Source: Pseudomonadales bacterium
GTDB taxonomy: Bacteria > Pseudomonadota > Gammaproteobacteria > Pseudomonadales > Pseudohongiellaceae
Length of the DNA: 64,000 bases
Direction: 5' to 3'
Assembly (NCBI GenBank): GCA_032251455.1
Contig: JAVVEG010000013.1
Coordinates: forward strand, 24,532 to 88,531
Part shown: one piece after another, positions 10,607-20,443 of the stretch
Layout: the number at the start of each line of letters is the position of its first letter
How positions within the stretch are numbered: position 1 is the stretch's first letter
Program-made: the position numbers and the translations under genes
The notes under the pieces: generated by a model
The model's database searches: none
The model's input: the letters and a program-made list of their open reading frames with translations, nothing else
Told to the model about the DNA's origin: nothing

Positions 10607-10690
10607 ATTTTAAAACAAGAATTTTAAATCAAAAATTTTAAAACAAGCATCTTGGAACAGACATCTTAGAACAAGAACCCAGAAACAAGG
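10607..10690. repeat. About six degenerate A-rich 13-15 bp direct repeats ending in AACAAG, in the fliE-fliF spacer
   Basis: gattttaaaacaag / aattttaaatcaa / aaattttaaaacaag / catcttggaacag / acatcttagaacaag / aacccagaaacaagg, read directly. Confidence 0.6.
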
Positions 10691-10705
10691 CAGGAATAAA
10701 GCAAA

Positions 10706-12415
10706 ATGGCTGTGACAAACGAGACCGGAAAATCAACAGGAGCCGAGACCGCTGGCCAGGAGCAACGCGGACAGTTGCGCTTGCCGCGCAGTGATTTTCT
10801 GGCCGGCTTCAATCGCCTCGATCTGCTGCGTCAGCTTGGCTTGATGATTGGCCTGGCAGCCAGTATAGCCATCGGTTTTGCGGTGGTGTTATGGTCGCGT
10901 GGTGAAAGCTACCAGCCTCTGTATGGGGATATGCAAGGTTATGATGTCACCGAACTGATGGCTGTGTTGGAAGCAGAGCAGATAGCCTATCGGGTAGACC
11001 CGACCAGTGGGGTGATTCTGGTGCCGACGGCGAATATCAATGCCTTGCGCCTGCAGGTTGCGGCAGCTGGAATCACTCGCAACAATGGTTACGGTTATGA
11101 AACCCTGGATCAGGAACAGGGGCTTGGTACCAGTCAGTTCATGGAAACCAACCGCTACAAGCGCAGCCAGGAAGGTGAGTTGCAGCGCACCATCAGTGGC
11201 TTCCGCAATGTGCAGTCGGCCCGTGTCCATCTGGCCACTCCGGAGCGTTCGGTTTTCGTTCGCAACAGTCGCAAACCGACTGCCTCCGTTTTTCTGACCG
11301 TACTGCCCGGTCGCGAGTTGGCAGATATGCAGGTATTGGCGATTGCCAATCTGGTTGCATCCAGTGTGCCTGAACTGAGCCCTGATGATGTGACCATTGT
11401 CGATCAGCAAGGCAATCTGTTGTCGCGTCAGGACAGTAACTCCGAGTTGGCCATAGCCGGGCAACAGTTTGATTATGTCCGCCGTTATGAAGATACCTTG
11501 TTGAATCGGATAAACCGTATTCTGCAACCCGTCGTGGGTGGACGATTTACTGCAGAGGTGGCAGCCGATATCGATTTTACCCGTACTGAACAGGCCGCCG
11601 AGACCTGGAATCCCGAGGGAGCGGTTCTGCGCAGCGAACAATCGGTGGCCGAACGCGCGGGAGCTAATGAGCTGGCAGCCGGAGTACCCGGAACACTGAA
11701 CACCCAGGCTCCTGTGGGCGGAGCCATTGCAGCAGAGGTGGCTCCTGACACTGTACAGAACCCTGTACAGAATCCTGGAGTGACGGCGAATATCAGAGAA
11801 CAGGCTACCCGTAATTACGAGCTGGATCGAACCGTCAGCTATACCAATTATGATCCGATCAGTGTACGCCGCCTTTCTGTTGCTGTTGTGCTGGATGATC
11901 AGCTGGGGCCGGATGGCGAGGCCAGTCAACCCTGGAATGAGGATGAGATTCAACGAATCACCCAGCTGGTGCGTGATGTCATTGGTTTTGATGAGAGCCG
12001 CGGTGATCGCGTTACGGTCATGAATCGCCGGTTTGCTCCCGTACCCGAATTGGCTGCTGAGGTGGCCATCCCGATCTGGCAACAAGCCTGGTTGCTATCG
12101 GCGGCGAAACAGTTTGGAGCAATCCTGCTGGTACTGATATTGGTCGTTGGTGTGCTGCGGCCAGCCTTGCAGCGTCTTGCCGTCATTGGCAGCAAAAGCC
12201 GTGCTGACAGCAGATTTGCAGGTGGTGAATTTGCCGATCTTGAATTCAATGGTGCGGCGGATGATACGGTCACCCTGTCCGGCACTGATGATATTCTCCT
12301 GCCTGGTCCTGGCGATAGTTATGAGCGACAACTCTCCGCAATCAAAGGCCTGGTTACCCAGGATCCGGGCCGGGTGGCACAGGTAGTTAAACAATGGGTG
12401 AATGATGATGTCTGA
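10706..12415 (+). CDS. fliF: Flagellar MS-ring protein FliF
   Basis: Length, an N-terminal TM segment, conserved YxxLY...LxxxxI motifs and a C-terminal TM plus the FliG-binding tail. Confidence 0.95.
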   Translation: MAVTNETGKSTGAETAGQEQRGQLRLPRSDFLAGFNRLDLLRQLGLMIGLAASIAIGFAVVLWSRGESYQPLYGDMQGYDVTELMAVLEAEQIAYRVDPTSGVILVPTANINALRLQVAAAGITRNNGYGYETLDQEQGLGTSQFMETNRYKRSQEGELQRTISGFRNVQSARVHLATPERSVFVRNSRKPTASVFLTVLPGRELADMQVLAIANLVASSVPELSPDDVTIVDQQGNLLSRQDSNSELAIAGQQFDYVRRYEDTLLNRINRILQPVVGGRFTAEVAADIDFTRTEQAAETWNPEGAVLRSEQSVAERAGANELAAGVPGTLNTQAPVGGAIAAEVAPDTVQNPVQNPGVTANIREQATRNYELDRTVSYTNYDPISVRRLSVAVVLDDQLGPDGEASQPWNEDEIQRITQLVRDVIGFDESRGDRVTVMNRRFAPVPELAAEVAIPIWQQAWLLSAAKQFGAILLVLILVVGVLRPALQRLAVIGSKSRADSRFAGGEFADLEFNGAADDTVTLSGTDDILLPGPGDSYERQLSAIKGLVTQDPGRVAQVVKQWVNDDV

Positions 12416-13436
12416 TGAAATGGATGCAAGACAGACTGGGCTGCGAGGCATGAACTCGGTTGACCGTGCTGCCATCCTGTTGATGAGTATGGGCGAGAAG
12501 GATGCTGCTGAAGTGCTCAAGCAGATGGGACCCAAGGAGGTGCAGAAAGTGGGTACGGCCATGTCTGCGCTGAAGTCGGTCACCCAGGATACCGTGACTC
12601 AGGTATTGACCCAGTTTCTATCCGAATGCGGGACCCAAAGTGGCCTGGGCATAGGCGCTGAAACCTATATCAAGAATATGTTGACTGCTGCATTGGGTGA
12701 AGACCGGGCCCGTGGCTTGCTCGACAGAATTTTACTGGGCGGTTCAAGTTCAGGTATCAACAGCCTGAAATGGATGGATCCTCGTTCGGTGGCTGATGTC
12801 ATCAAACATGAGCATCCACAGATACAGGCGGTTGTGCTCAGTTATCTGGAGGCGGATCAGTCGGCCAGTATCCTGGCAAATTTTCCCGATAAGGTGCGGC
12901 TGGAAATCATGATGCGTATTGCCTCACTGGAAAGTGTCCAGCCCGAAGCGCTGAAGGAACTCAATATCATTCTGGAGAAACAATTCTCCGGCAAGGGTTC
13001 CAATCCTTCGGCCAGCATAGGCGGCATGAAGACGGCAGCTGAAATCATGAACAATCTGGATGGCGCGGTGGAGGCCAGTCTGATGGAAGCAATCAAGGAA
13101 GCCGATGAAGAGGTCGCTTCCCGTATCCAGGACTTGATGTTCGTCTTTGATAATCTGCGTGAAGTGGATGATCGCGGCATTCAGGCGCTGTTGCGTGAGG
13201 TATCCTCAGAAGTGCTGATACTGGCCCTGAAAGGAGCTGATGATTATCTCAAGGAAAAAATATTTTCCAATATGTCGAAACGTGCAGCGGAGCTTCTGCG
13301 TGATGATCTGGAGGCCAAGGGGCCAGTACGCATCAGTGAGGTGGAAACTGCCCAGAAAGAAATTCTTGCCATTGCCCGCCGCATGGCAGATGCCGGTGAG
13401 ATTCAGCTGGGTGGCAGTGGCGACGAAATGATCTGA
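12402..13436 (+). CDS. fliG: Flagellar motor switch protein FliG
   Basis: Typical FliG sequence (AAILLMSMGEKDAAEVLK..., EHPQ, MFVFDNL). Confidence 0.95.
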   Translation: MMMSDEMDARQTGLRGMNSVDRAAILLMSMGEKDAAEVLKQMGPKEVQKVGTAMSALKSVTQDTVTQVLTQFLSECGTQSGLGIGAETYIKNMLTAALGEDRARGLLDRILLGGSSSGINSLKWMDPRSVADVIKHEHPQIQAVVLSYLEADQSASILANFPDKVRLEIMMRIASLESVQPEALKELNIILEKQFSGKGSNPSASIGGMKTAAEIMNNLDGAVEASLMEAIKEADEEVASRIQDLMFVFDNLREVDDRGIQALLREVSSEVLILALKGADDYLKEKIFSNMSKRAAELLRDDLEAKGPVRISEVETAQKEILAIARRMADAGEIQLGGSGDEMI

Positions 13437-13458
13437 TCAACCCGAGGAGGATGATAGC

Positions 13459-14328
13459 GTGCAGGAAATCAATATTATGGACAAGACCGGTCGGGTCAGG
13501 GCGCGTGATCTGGAAAATGTCACCGTCAAGCGCTGGATTGCACCCACTATCGAAAAGGGTGGGCACCTGGTCTATGCCGAGCCACGTGAGGAGACTCCCC
13601 GCAACAACAAACCAGCACAAAAACTTGGCGCGGCTGATCTGCAAGACCTGGAGGTCTTGCGCCAGCATGCACAGGAAGAGGGGTATCAGGCTGGTCATCA
13701 GGAAGGTTTCAAGCTGGGACATCAGGCCGGGTTTGAAGAGGGCCGGGTTGCAGGCCATGAAGCAGGCTTTGCCCAGGGTCTTGAAGCGGGCATGAGTAAA
13801 GGCCAGGAAGAAGGCCAGCGCCAGGCGACGGAGCGGCTGGAGGCAAAACTGGCTGAATTGAACCTGTTGCTGACCCATGTTACACACGCTCTGAACGACC
13901 AGGATTATCAACTGGAACAAGCGCTTTTGAACCTGGTTCAGGAAATCTCCCGGGCCGTCATCGAGCGTGAGCTGAGTCTGGATTCTGGGCAGTTGATGAA
14001 GACAGTACGTGCCGCTTTGGCGGTACTGCCTCCGATTCGGGATAACGTCAAGGTGATTGTCAATCCGGCAGACCTGCCCCTGTTGCAGGAGGCTGCTGCA
14101 TTGGGGGGTGAAAACTGGCGTGCTGCTGCCAGCGCAGACATTGCCCGGGGTGGTTGCCGTATCGAGTCGGCACAAAGTCTGGTCGATTTTACTACCGAGA
14201 GCCGGTTCAAGAGTGTCATGTCACAGATTCTGAGCAGAGAGTTGAGCCTGCCGGCCGGGGATGAAGCAGAATCCGATATCGAGTTGGCCGCTGAACCAGT
14301 GGTCAAGCCTTTTGCTGGAGAGCAGTGA
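13459..14328 (+). CDS. fliH: Flagellar assembly protein FliH
   Basis: Position between fliG and fliI, a Glu/Gly-rich repeat region ([37 protein letters not shown]) and a FliH-like C-terminal domain. GTG start 8 nt after GAGGAGG. Confidence 0.8.
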   Translation: MQEINIMDKTGRVRARDLENVTVKRWIAPTIEKGGHLVYAEPREETPRNNKPAQKLGAADLQDLEVLRQHAQEEGYQAGHQEGFKLGHQAGFEEGRVAGHEAGFAQGLEAGMSKGQEEGQRQATERLEAKLAELNLLLTHVTHALNDQDYQLEQALLNLVQEISRAVIERELSLDSGQLMKTVRAALAVLPPIRDNVKVIVNPADLPLLQEAAALGGENWRAAASADIARGGCRIESAQSLVDFTTESRFKSVMSQILSRELSLPAGDEAESDIELAAEPVVKPFAGEQ

Positions 14329-15773
14329 TGCAGCGTCTGAGTATGGCCTGCAGACTGCGCCGTTACCTGCCCGTGCGCCCGGCAGTGGTGCAACCACGTA
14401 TCGAGGGCAAACTGACCCGGGTGGTTGGCTTGATGCTGGAAGCTGTAGGGTGTCAGGTATCGCTTGGCAGTCGCTGTCTGATTGACGATGCCAGTGGGGG
14501 CAAGGTGGAAGCCGAAGTGGTGGGCTTCGATGGCCCCACGCTGCTGCTGATGCCGTTGCGTTCGGTGCAGGGTTTGCAGCCGGGTGCCAGAGTGGTGCCT
14601 GCGCCACAACAAAGCCATATACTGGTTGGCAGTGCCTTGCTGGGACGGGTTCTGGATGCTCTGGGGGAGCCCATCGATACCCTGGGACCACTCGATTACA
14701 GTGATGACACGATAATGGCTGGAGCGCATAAGATCAATCCTCTGCGTCGACAGCCCATCAACCGAACTCTCGATGTGGGCATTGCGGCGATCAATGCGCT
14801 GGTGACAGTCGGCCGTGGGCAACGAATCGGCTTGTTTGCCGGCAGCGGTGTTGGCAAAAGTGTGCTGTTGGGCATGATGACCCGCTTTACCGAAGCAGAA
14901 GTGATCGTTGTGGGTTTGATCGGTGAGCGTGGGCGTGAGGTCAAGGAATTCATTGACGAGATACTGGGAGCTGAGGGCCTGGCACGCGCAGTGGTAATAG
15001 CCTCACCGGCCGATGATTCACCCTTGATGCGGCTGCGGGCGGCAGCACTGACTACTGTGATAGCGGAAGGCTTTCGCGCGCAAGGCAAGGATGTGCTGTT
15101 ATTGATGGATTCCCTGACCCGCTACGCCATGGCGCAACGTGAAATTGCTCTGGCTACCGGCGAACCGCCAGCGACCAAAGGTTACCCGCCTTCGGTATTT
15201 GCCCGCATACCCCAGCTGGTGGAACGAGCCGGCAATGCGGACAAGGGGGAGGGGTCCATTACCGCCTTTTATACGGTATTGACTGAAGGGGATGACCAGC
15301 AGGACCCGATAGCCGATGCCGCTCGTGCCATTCTCGATGGTCATGTGGTGCTGTCACGCCGCCTGGCTGAGCAGGGGCATTACCCTGCAATCGACATCGA
15401 GGCTTCCCTCAGCCGGGTCATGCCTGCCATTGCAGCGCCGGATCATCTGGCGGCGGCACAGATGTTTCGGCGCCTGTATGCCCGTTATCAGCAAAACCAG
15501 GATTTGATCAGTGTGGGTGCCTATGCAGTTGGCAGTGACCGGGATATCGACATGGCGATAGAAAGAATGCCGCATCTGCTGCAATTCCTGCAACAGGGTT
15601 TGCGTGAACAGATAAACCTGGCAACTGCCGTGCAGAAGTTGAAGCAGGTGATTGTTCCCAAAAGCGAGCGTGATGCCGAACCGGCGGCAAAGTCAAATGT
15701 GACCAGTTTGAGCAGTAGAACTCTCGGCAATGCGGATATCCGCAGCAATGCATCGGAAGTGGCTGAACGATGA
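14328..15773 (+). CDS. fliI: Flagellum-specific ATPase FliI
   Basis: Walker A GSGVGKS and a Walker B (hhhhD) stretch DVLLLMDS; F1-ATPase beta-like throughout. Confidence 0.95.
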   Translation: MQRLSMACRLRRYLPVRPAVVQPRIEGKLTRVVGLMLEAVGCQVSLGSRCLIDDASGGKVEAEVVGFDGPTLLLMPLRSVQGLQPGARVVPAPQQSHILVGSALLGRVLDALGEPIDTLGPLDYSDDTIMAGAHKINPLRRQPINRTLDVGIAAINALVTVGRGQRIGLFAGSGVGKSVLLGMMTRFTEAEVIVVGLIGERGREVKEFIDEILGAEGLARAVVIASPADDSPLMRLRAAALTTVIAEGFRAQGKDVLLLMDSLTRYAMAQREIALATGEPPATKGYPPSVFARIPQLVERAGNADKGEGSITAFYTVLTEGDDQQDPIADAARAILDGHVVLSRRLAEQGHYPAIDIEASLSRVMPAIAAPDHLAAAQMFRRLYARYQQNQDLISVGAYAVGSDRDIDMAIERMPHLLQFLQQGLREQINLATAVQKLKQVIVPKSERDAEPAAKSNVTSLSSRTLGNADIRSNASEVAER

Positions 15774-16213
15774 GACGCTCACAGCGACTGCAGCCGATTC
15801 TGAAGATTGCCGCGCTGGAGGCAGACAAGGCGGCCAGGGCGATGGCTTATATGGAGCAGAAACTGACAGCAGAAACTGACAAGCAGAACCTGCTGCATCA
15901 GCATTTGCAGGAGTATCGCCAGCAATTGCAGGACGATGGCCGGGCTGGAATCAATGCACAATCCTTGCGTATGAACCAGCAGTTCCTGGCTAATATCGAG
16001 CAGGCCATCAAACAGCAGAAACGGCAGATAGAGCTTGTCGGGCAGCAGCTGCAACAGGTCAGGCAGATATGGCAGCAGCGGGATATCCGTCGCCAGAGTC
16101 TGGAAAAAATGATAGAAAAACTGCATCGGCAGGAAAAACAGCTGCAGGAACGTATGGAGCAGAAAGCCCAGGATGAGCAAACGCAAAACCTGCGTTTTTA
16201 TCGCAAATCGTAA
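15770..16213 (+). CDS. fliJ: Flagellar export chaperone-like protein FliJ
   Basis: 147-aa coiled-coil protein immediately after fliI, with ATGA overlap. Confidence 0.8.
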   Translation: MRRSQRLQPILKIAALEADKAARAMAYMEQKLTAETDKQNLLHQHLQEYRQQLQDDGRAGINAQSLRMNQQFLANIEQAIKQQKRQIELVGQQLQQVRQIWQQRDIRRQSLEKMIEKLHRQEKQLQERMEQKAQDEQTQNLRFYRKS

Positions 16214-16225
16214 ATACTTCTGACT

Positions 16226-16241
16226 TGGCAAATAAATTGCA
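16226..16241 (+). promoter_or_regulatory. sigma54 (-24/-12) promoter upstream of fliK
   Basis: TGGCAAataaaTTGCA with exact GG/GC spacing, 69 nt upstream of ATG 16310. Confidence 0.65.
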
Positions 16242-16309
16242 ATAGCTTGCAGGTACGAGTTCGCTGACGAGCTCGATAATGCTTTGCCAGGCTACGAGGA
16301 AATTTGCCG

Positions 16310-18226
16310 ATGCCAGCCAATTCAAATCAGGTTTCGATAGCTCAGATGCTGCCTTTTACCATTGCCCAGTCTTCGCTTGGGCCTGGTTTTCCCGCAGTTA
16401 AACCCACACAGGAGGGGCTTGCCCTCCAGGATATGAGTGCTGCCGAAAAAGAAGCGCCTGGTCTGCTTCCTGGATTTTCTGCCAGGCCGAAAGGGGACAA
16501 TGCATTTGCTGGTGTTTTGCAACAACAGCTGACTGAGGCAGAAAGCAATGGACAATTTTTGCCGCTTGAGAGCCATTTTCTGCCGCTGTCATCACCAATG
16601 CCACCAATACCATCCTCGACTGCCTTGACTGGAGTGCCACCGAACGGTTTCTCCGGGACTGGAATGTTTGTGAGTCTGGAAGTGACTCAGCCTGATACAG
16701 ATATGCAGGCTGGCAACTTTGCATTTGTCAGCTTGCTGTCGGGTGATTCCCTGCCCCTGACCGGTACTTTCCCAGTGCCTGGGCAAGAAACTGCCTATTC
16801 AGGGTTTAATAGGTTTGTGAATCATAGTGAGGCGAGCAGTCAGGCTGGCGGATCAAACAACCCTGTACTCATGACCAGGTCGGAATTGGATTTAAGCATG
16901 TCTCTTGTTAATGAGTCTCCCAATGAAATATCGGCAGCTCAGGATAACTCAAACGGCATTGAGCACACAGATACCGTTTCCCGCCCTGTCAGCCGTGAAG
17001 AGTTACAGCTTTTGATTACTACCCGGAACCAGACTGCTTCCATTAGCGGGGCGGCAGCAGCGGAGGCTGCATCCCCTGCCGGGGCCAGTGTTTCTGTATC
17101 AGGGCTCGGAGAGTCTGCAGCGCGGGAGCAGGGTCTGGCCAGTAGCATGCCAACGGCAGGGCAGTCGCTGGATCAACTGGAGGGTGATTCAGCAGAGATC
17201 CGGCTGAATACGGTGAATCAAATCGATTTGAGGGTTGGCTCCAAGGCCAGCTCCATTAGCGGGGCGGCAGCAGCGGAGGCTGCATCCCCTGCCGGGGCCA
17301 GTGTTTCTGTATCAGGGCTCGGAGAGTCTGCAGCGCGGGAGCAGGGTCTGGCCAGTAGCATGCCAACGGCAGGGCAGGCAGCGGATCCGCTGGAGGGAGA
17401 GCCTGCAGCAGAAATCCGCTTGAACACGGTGAATCAAGGCATCACCCTGTTACGTGATTCCGCGCCAGCAAGCAGTCTGTCGATGGCGCTGGCCATCGAA
17501 TCTGCCAATAATGAGTTGTCTCAGCAACAGCAAATTATGAGCAGTACAGGCAAACAGAATATTTCTGCTGAAAATCTTGCGACCACCTCGGGATTGGATA
17601 TGCTGTCTGGTCGAGCCATGACATCAACAACATCGACAACGGTAACTGACGCCATGTTGCCTGTACCTGCAGGTAGTCTGGAGGTGCAGCCACAAGACGC
17701 AGACCCAACACTGGATACCCCGGTAATACAACCCCGCGTTGACAGCAGTGCAACGCAAACGCGACTGCAACAGACGGCTGTCCCGATGTTGATGAATCAG
17801 GCAACGTATGCGGGTAATTTCACCACGGCATTTGGTGAGGCGGCCTGGGGAGAGGAGTTGACCCGGCATGTTTCCCTGCTCGTTGCACAGCGCTCAGGGT
17901 CGGCACAGATTCAGTTGGACCCACCCGATCTGGGTAGTCTTATGGTGCGCATCAATATCACGGGGGAGCAAGCCAGTATCAATTTTGTCAGTCCTCATGT
18001 GCAGGTTCGTGATGCGCTGGAATTGAATATGGATCGCTTGCAATCCATGCTTGGTGAACAGGGTTTCAGTCTGGTCGATGCGGATGTCTCCGATCAACAG
18101 CGCCAAGACTCCCGCAGGGAAACTGCCAATGCGCAATGGCCTGGTCCAGAGTCGCTATCTGAAGCGGATGAGAAGCGGGGGCAACCTGTCCTGCAGGTCC
18201 TGGGTCTGGTCGATTATTACGCATAA
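16310..18226 (+). CDS. fliK: Flagellar hook-length control protein FliK
   Basis: Conserved C-terminal Flg_hook-type domain (WGEELTRHVSLLVAQRSGSAQIQLDPPDLGSLMVRINITGEQASINF...) after a long low-complexity Ser/Ala/Gln-rich ruler. ATG 16310 is preferred over TTG 16304 because the GAGGA spacing is better. Confidence 0.85.
   Translation: MPANSNQVSIAQMLPFTIAQSSLGPGFPAVKPTQEGLALQDMSAAEKEAPGLLPGFSARPKGDNAFAGVLQQQLTEAESNGQFLPLESHFLPLSSPMPPIPSSTALTGVPPNGFSGTGMFVSLEVTQPDTDMQAGNFAFVSLLSGDSLPLTGTFPVPGQETAYSGFNRFVNHSEASSQAGGSNNPVLMTRSELDLSMSLVNESPNEISAAQDNSNGIEHTDTVSRPVSREELQLLITTRNQTASISGAAAAEAASPAGASVSVSGLGESAAREQGLASSMPTAGQSLDQLEGDSAEIRLNTVNQIDLRVGSKASSISGAAAAEAASPAGASVSVSGLGESAAREQGLASSMPTAGQAADPLEGEPAAEIRLNTVNQGITLLRDSAPASSLSMALAIESANNELSQQQQIMSSTGKQNISAENLATTSGLDMLSGRAMTSTTSTTVTDAMLPVPAGSLEVQPQDADPTLDTPVIQPRVDSSATQTRLQQTAVPMLMNQATYAGNFTTAFGEAAWGEELTRHVSLLVAQRSGSAQIQLDPPDLGSLMVRINITGEQASINFVSPHVQVRDALELNMDRLQSMLGEQGFSLVDADVSDQQRQDSRRETANAQWPGPESLSEADEKRGQPVLQVLGLVDYYA
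17039..17377. repeat. Tandem in-frame duplication inside fliK (period 213 bp): identical 126-bp cores at 17039-17164 and 17252-17377
   Basis: Base-by-base comparison. Encodes SISGAAAAEAASPAGASVSVSGLGESAAREQGLASSMPTAGQ twice. The remainder of each 71-aa unit has diverged (LDQLEGDSAEIRLNTVNQ versus ADPLEGEPAAEIRLNTVNQ). Confidence 0.95.
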
Positions 18227-18231
18227 GCTGT

Positions 18232-18245
18232 GTCAGGAAATTGGC
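18232..18245. promoter_or_regulatory. Weak FleQ-box-like site GTCAGGAAATTGGC upstream of the fliL promoter
   Basis: 12/14 match to the recalled GTCaNTAAATTGAC consensus, but only 10/14 to the fleS palindrome. Confidence 0.25.
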
Positions 18246-18386
18246 GAATCAGGGATGAGAACTGAACAGATCAGCCAGGCCCGGCCAGCATCTAAATTTC
18301 GAAGGAATTTTAAGTTGTTAATAAAGCCTGATAATACAGAATGTTGCAGAGGTATACCTGGTCTTTTCAGACAAAAATCCCATTCA

Positions 18387-18402
18387 TGGCACAGGCTTTG
18401 CT
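18387..18402 (+). promoter_or_regulatory. sigma54 (-24/-12) promoter upstream of fliL
   Basis: TGGCACaggctTTGCT, a near-perfect consensus, 44 nt upstream of the fliL ATG. Confidence 0.75.
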
Positions 18403-18445
18403 ATCAGAAAAGGGAACTGAAAACCAATTCTGATGTGAGCATGTC

Positions 18446-18967
18446 ATGGCAGACCAGGAAGACGAAGAGCTTGAGGCTGTAGCTGCAGCAGGCAAGGGTA
18501 AAAAGAAACTGATCATCATGGCTGGGGCCGGTATTTTAGTGCTGGCCCTGGCCGCTGCTGCCTATCTGTTTTTGTTTGCTGGAGCGGATGAAACCGAAAC
18601 AGTTGCCGAAACGACAGCAGCCGCAGAGACATCGGCACGCAACAATCAGCCGATGCAGTATATAGAGCTCAGCCCCGCCTTTATTATCAATTTTCCTCAT
18701 CAGGGTCGGCAGCGGTTTCTGCAGACCAACCTTGCCGTGATGACGCGCGATCCGCAAATGATACAGGCCATCAGCCAGCACATGCCGATTATTCGCAATA
18801 ATCTGATCAATCTCTTCAGCGCCCAGTTGTTGCTGGTTTTCGAAGATCCTACGGGAATTGAAGCGCTGCGAGAAATGGCAACCGAGGAAGTCAAACAGAT
18901 TCTGTTGACCGAAACCGGACGCGAGAATATCGAAGAAGTCCTGTTCACCAGTTTCGTCATGCAATGA
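18446..18967 (+). CDS. fliL: Flagellar basal body-associated protein FliL
   Basis: Single N-terminal TM segment, then a FliL-like domain (YIELSPAFIINF...LQTNLAVMTRD...). Confidence 0.9.
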   Translation: MADQEDEELEAVAAAGKGKKKLIIMAGAGILVLALAAAAYLFLFAGADETETVAETTAAAETSARNNQPMQYIELSPAFIINFPHQGRQRFLQTNLAVMTRDPQMIQAISQHMPIIRNNLINLFSAQLLLVFEDPTGIEALREMATEEVKQILLTETGRENIEEVLFTSFVMQ

Positions 18968-19008
18968 AAAGGCAATAAAAGAGCAATAAAAAGGCAGAGG
19001 AAATCGCC

Positions 19009-19971
19009 ATGCAAGACCTGTTGTCACAAGATGAAATAGATGCGCTGCTGCATGGTGTGGATAGTGCGGATCTGGACGGCGATGTTGACCTTGATCCTGG
19101 CCTTGTCCGTTCCTATGACTTGACCAGTCAGGACAGAATTGTGCGTGGACGCATGCCCACGCTGGAAATGATCAACGAACGTTTTGCCCGCTATACCCGC
19201 ATCAATCTGTTCAATCTGTTGCGGCGTAGTGCAGAGGTATCTATCGGCGGGGTTCAGATCAGTAAATTTGGTGAGTATCTGCACACGCTGTATGTCCCTA
19301 CCAGTTTGAATCTGGTGAAGTTCAGACCCTTGCGCGGTACGGCGCTTATTGTTCTGGATGCCAAGCTTGTGTTCAAACTGGTTGATAATTTCTTTGGTGG
19401 TGATGGTCGCCACGCCAAGATAGAAGGGCGCGAATTCACGCCGACCGAACTGCGTGTGGTGCAAATGGTATTGAACCAGTTATTCCTTGATCTGCGCGAA
19501 GCCTGGCGCAATGTCTATAAACTGGAATTTGAACATTTACGCTCAGAAGTCAATCCCTCCATGGCCAATATTGTCAGTCCCAGCGAAGTGGTTGTCATCA
19601 GTACCTTCCAGATTGAGCTTGATGGCGGCGGCGGTGATATCCATATCACCATGCCTTATTCGATGATAGAACCGATTCGTGAGTTGCTTGATGCAGGTAT
19701 GCAGAGTGACGTTGATGAGCACGACGAGAGGTGGGTCAATGCCTTGCGTGAAGACATCATGGATGCAACCGTCAAGTTTTCCTGCAATATCTTTGACCAA
19801 AAAATTACCTTGCGGGATGTGGTTGATCTGGAAGCGGGCGATGTCATCCCGGTTGAAATGGTTGAACAGGTGAAGCTGTGTGCCAATGGGGTTCCCATGT
19901 TCAATACCCGCCTTGGTATTTCCAATGGCAACCTGGCCTTGAAGATAGAAGACATCATTGACAAGCAATAA
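19009..19971 (+). CDS. fliM: Flagellar motor switch protein FliM
   Basis: N-terminal CheY-P docking peptide LSQDEIDALLHG and a FliM middle domain. Confidence 0.95.
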   Translation: MQDLLSQDEIDALLHGVDSADLDGDVDLDPGLVRSYDLTSQDRIVRGRMPTLEMINERFARYTRINLFNLLRRSAEVSIGGVQISKFGEYLHTLYVPTSLNLVKFRPLRGTALIVLDAKLVFKLVDNFFGGDGRHAKIEGREFTPTELRVVQMVLNQLFLDLREAWRNVYKLEFEHLRSEVNPSMANIVSPSEVVVISTFQIELDGGGGDIHITMPYSMIEPIRELLDAGMQSDVDEHDERWVNALREDIMDATVKFSCNIFDQKITLRDVVDLEAGDVIPVEMVEQVKLCANGVPMFNTRLGISNGNLALKIEDIIDKQ

Positions 19972-20023
19972 TGGAAATCCATGAGCATGGATCCGAACAG
20001 CAGGTGAATTACAGGAGAGCAGC

Positions 20024-20425
20024 ATGGCTGATGATAAAAGTGGAGCAGGAACAGGCGAGGAAGAACAGGCTCTGGCTGATGAGTGGGCTGCGGCCATGGC
20101 GGAAGGTGATGACAGCGCTGCTGCCAGTGAATCCTCTGGCCAGAAAAGCCCTGGCAACGGTCAGGCACCTGATCTGGATGTCATTCTGGATATTCCGGTC
20201 AGAATTTCCATGGAAGTGGGCAGTTCATCGATAACCATTCGCAATCTTTTGCAATTGAACCAGGGTTCAGTTATCGAACTGGATCGTCTTGCCGGCGAGG
20301 CTCTCGATGTGCTGGTCAATGGCACATTGATAGCTCACGGGGAAGTGGTGGTTGTCAATGACAAATTCGGTATCAGGATGACTGATGTTATCAGTCCTTC
20401 TGAGCGGATCAAGAAACTACGTTGA
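20024..20425 (+). CDS. fliN: Flagellar motor switch protein FliN
   Basis: Acidic N-terminus, then a conserved SpoA domain (LDIPVRISMEVGSSSITIRNLLQLNQGSVIELDRLAGEALDVLVNG...). Confidence 0.95.
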   Translation: MADDKSGAGTGEEEQALADEWAAAMAEGDDSAAASESSGQKSPGNGQAPDLDVILDIPVRISMEVGSSSITIRNLLQLNQGSVIELDRLAGEALDVLVNGTLIAHGEVVVVNDKFGIRMTDVISPSERIKKLR

Positions 20426-20443
20426 TTTCCTGGAGTTTGCAAC

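Noticed and set aside
10889-12085. Very long antisense ORFs opposite flagellar and chemotaxis genes: 398 aa opposite fliF, 13333-14175 and 13938-14822 opposite fliH/fliI, 26395-27315 opposite flhF, 31384-32442 opposite cheA, and 58223-59161 opposite gyrA.
   Set aside because: The sense frames have unmistakable conserved motifs. The antisense products are low-complexity (rich in Gln/His/Arg/Gly/Leu), lack Shine-Dalgarno sequences and match no family I recognise. Long stop-free antisense frames are the expected by-product of the codon bias seen here.
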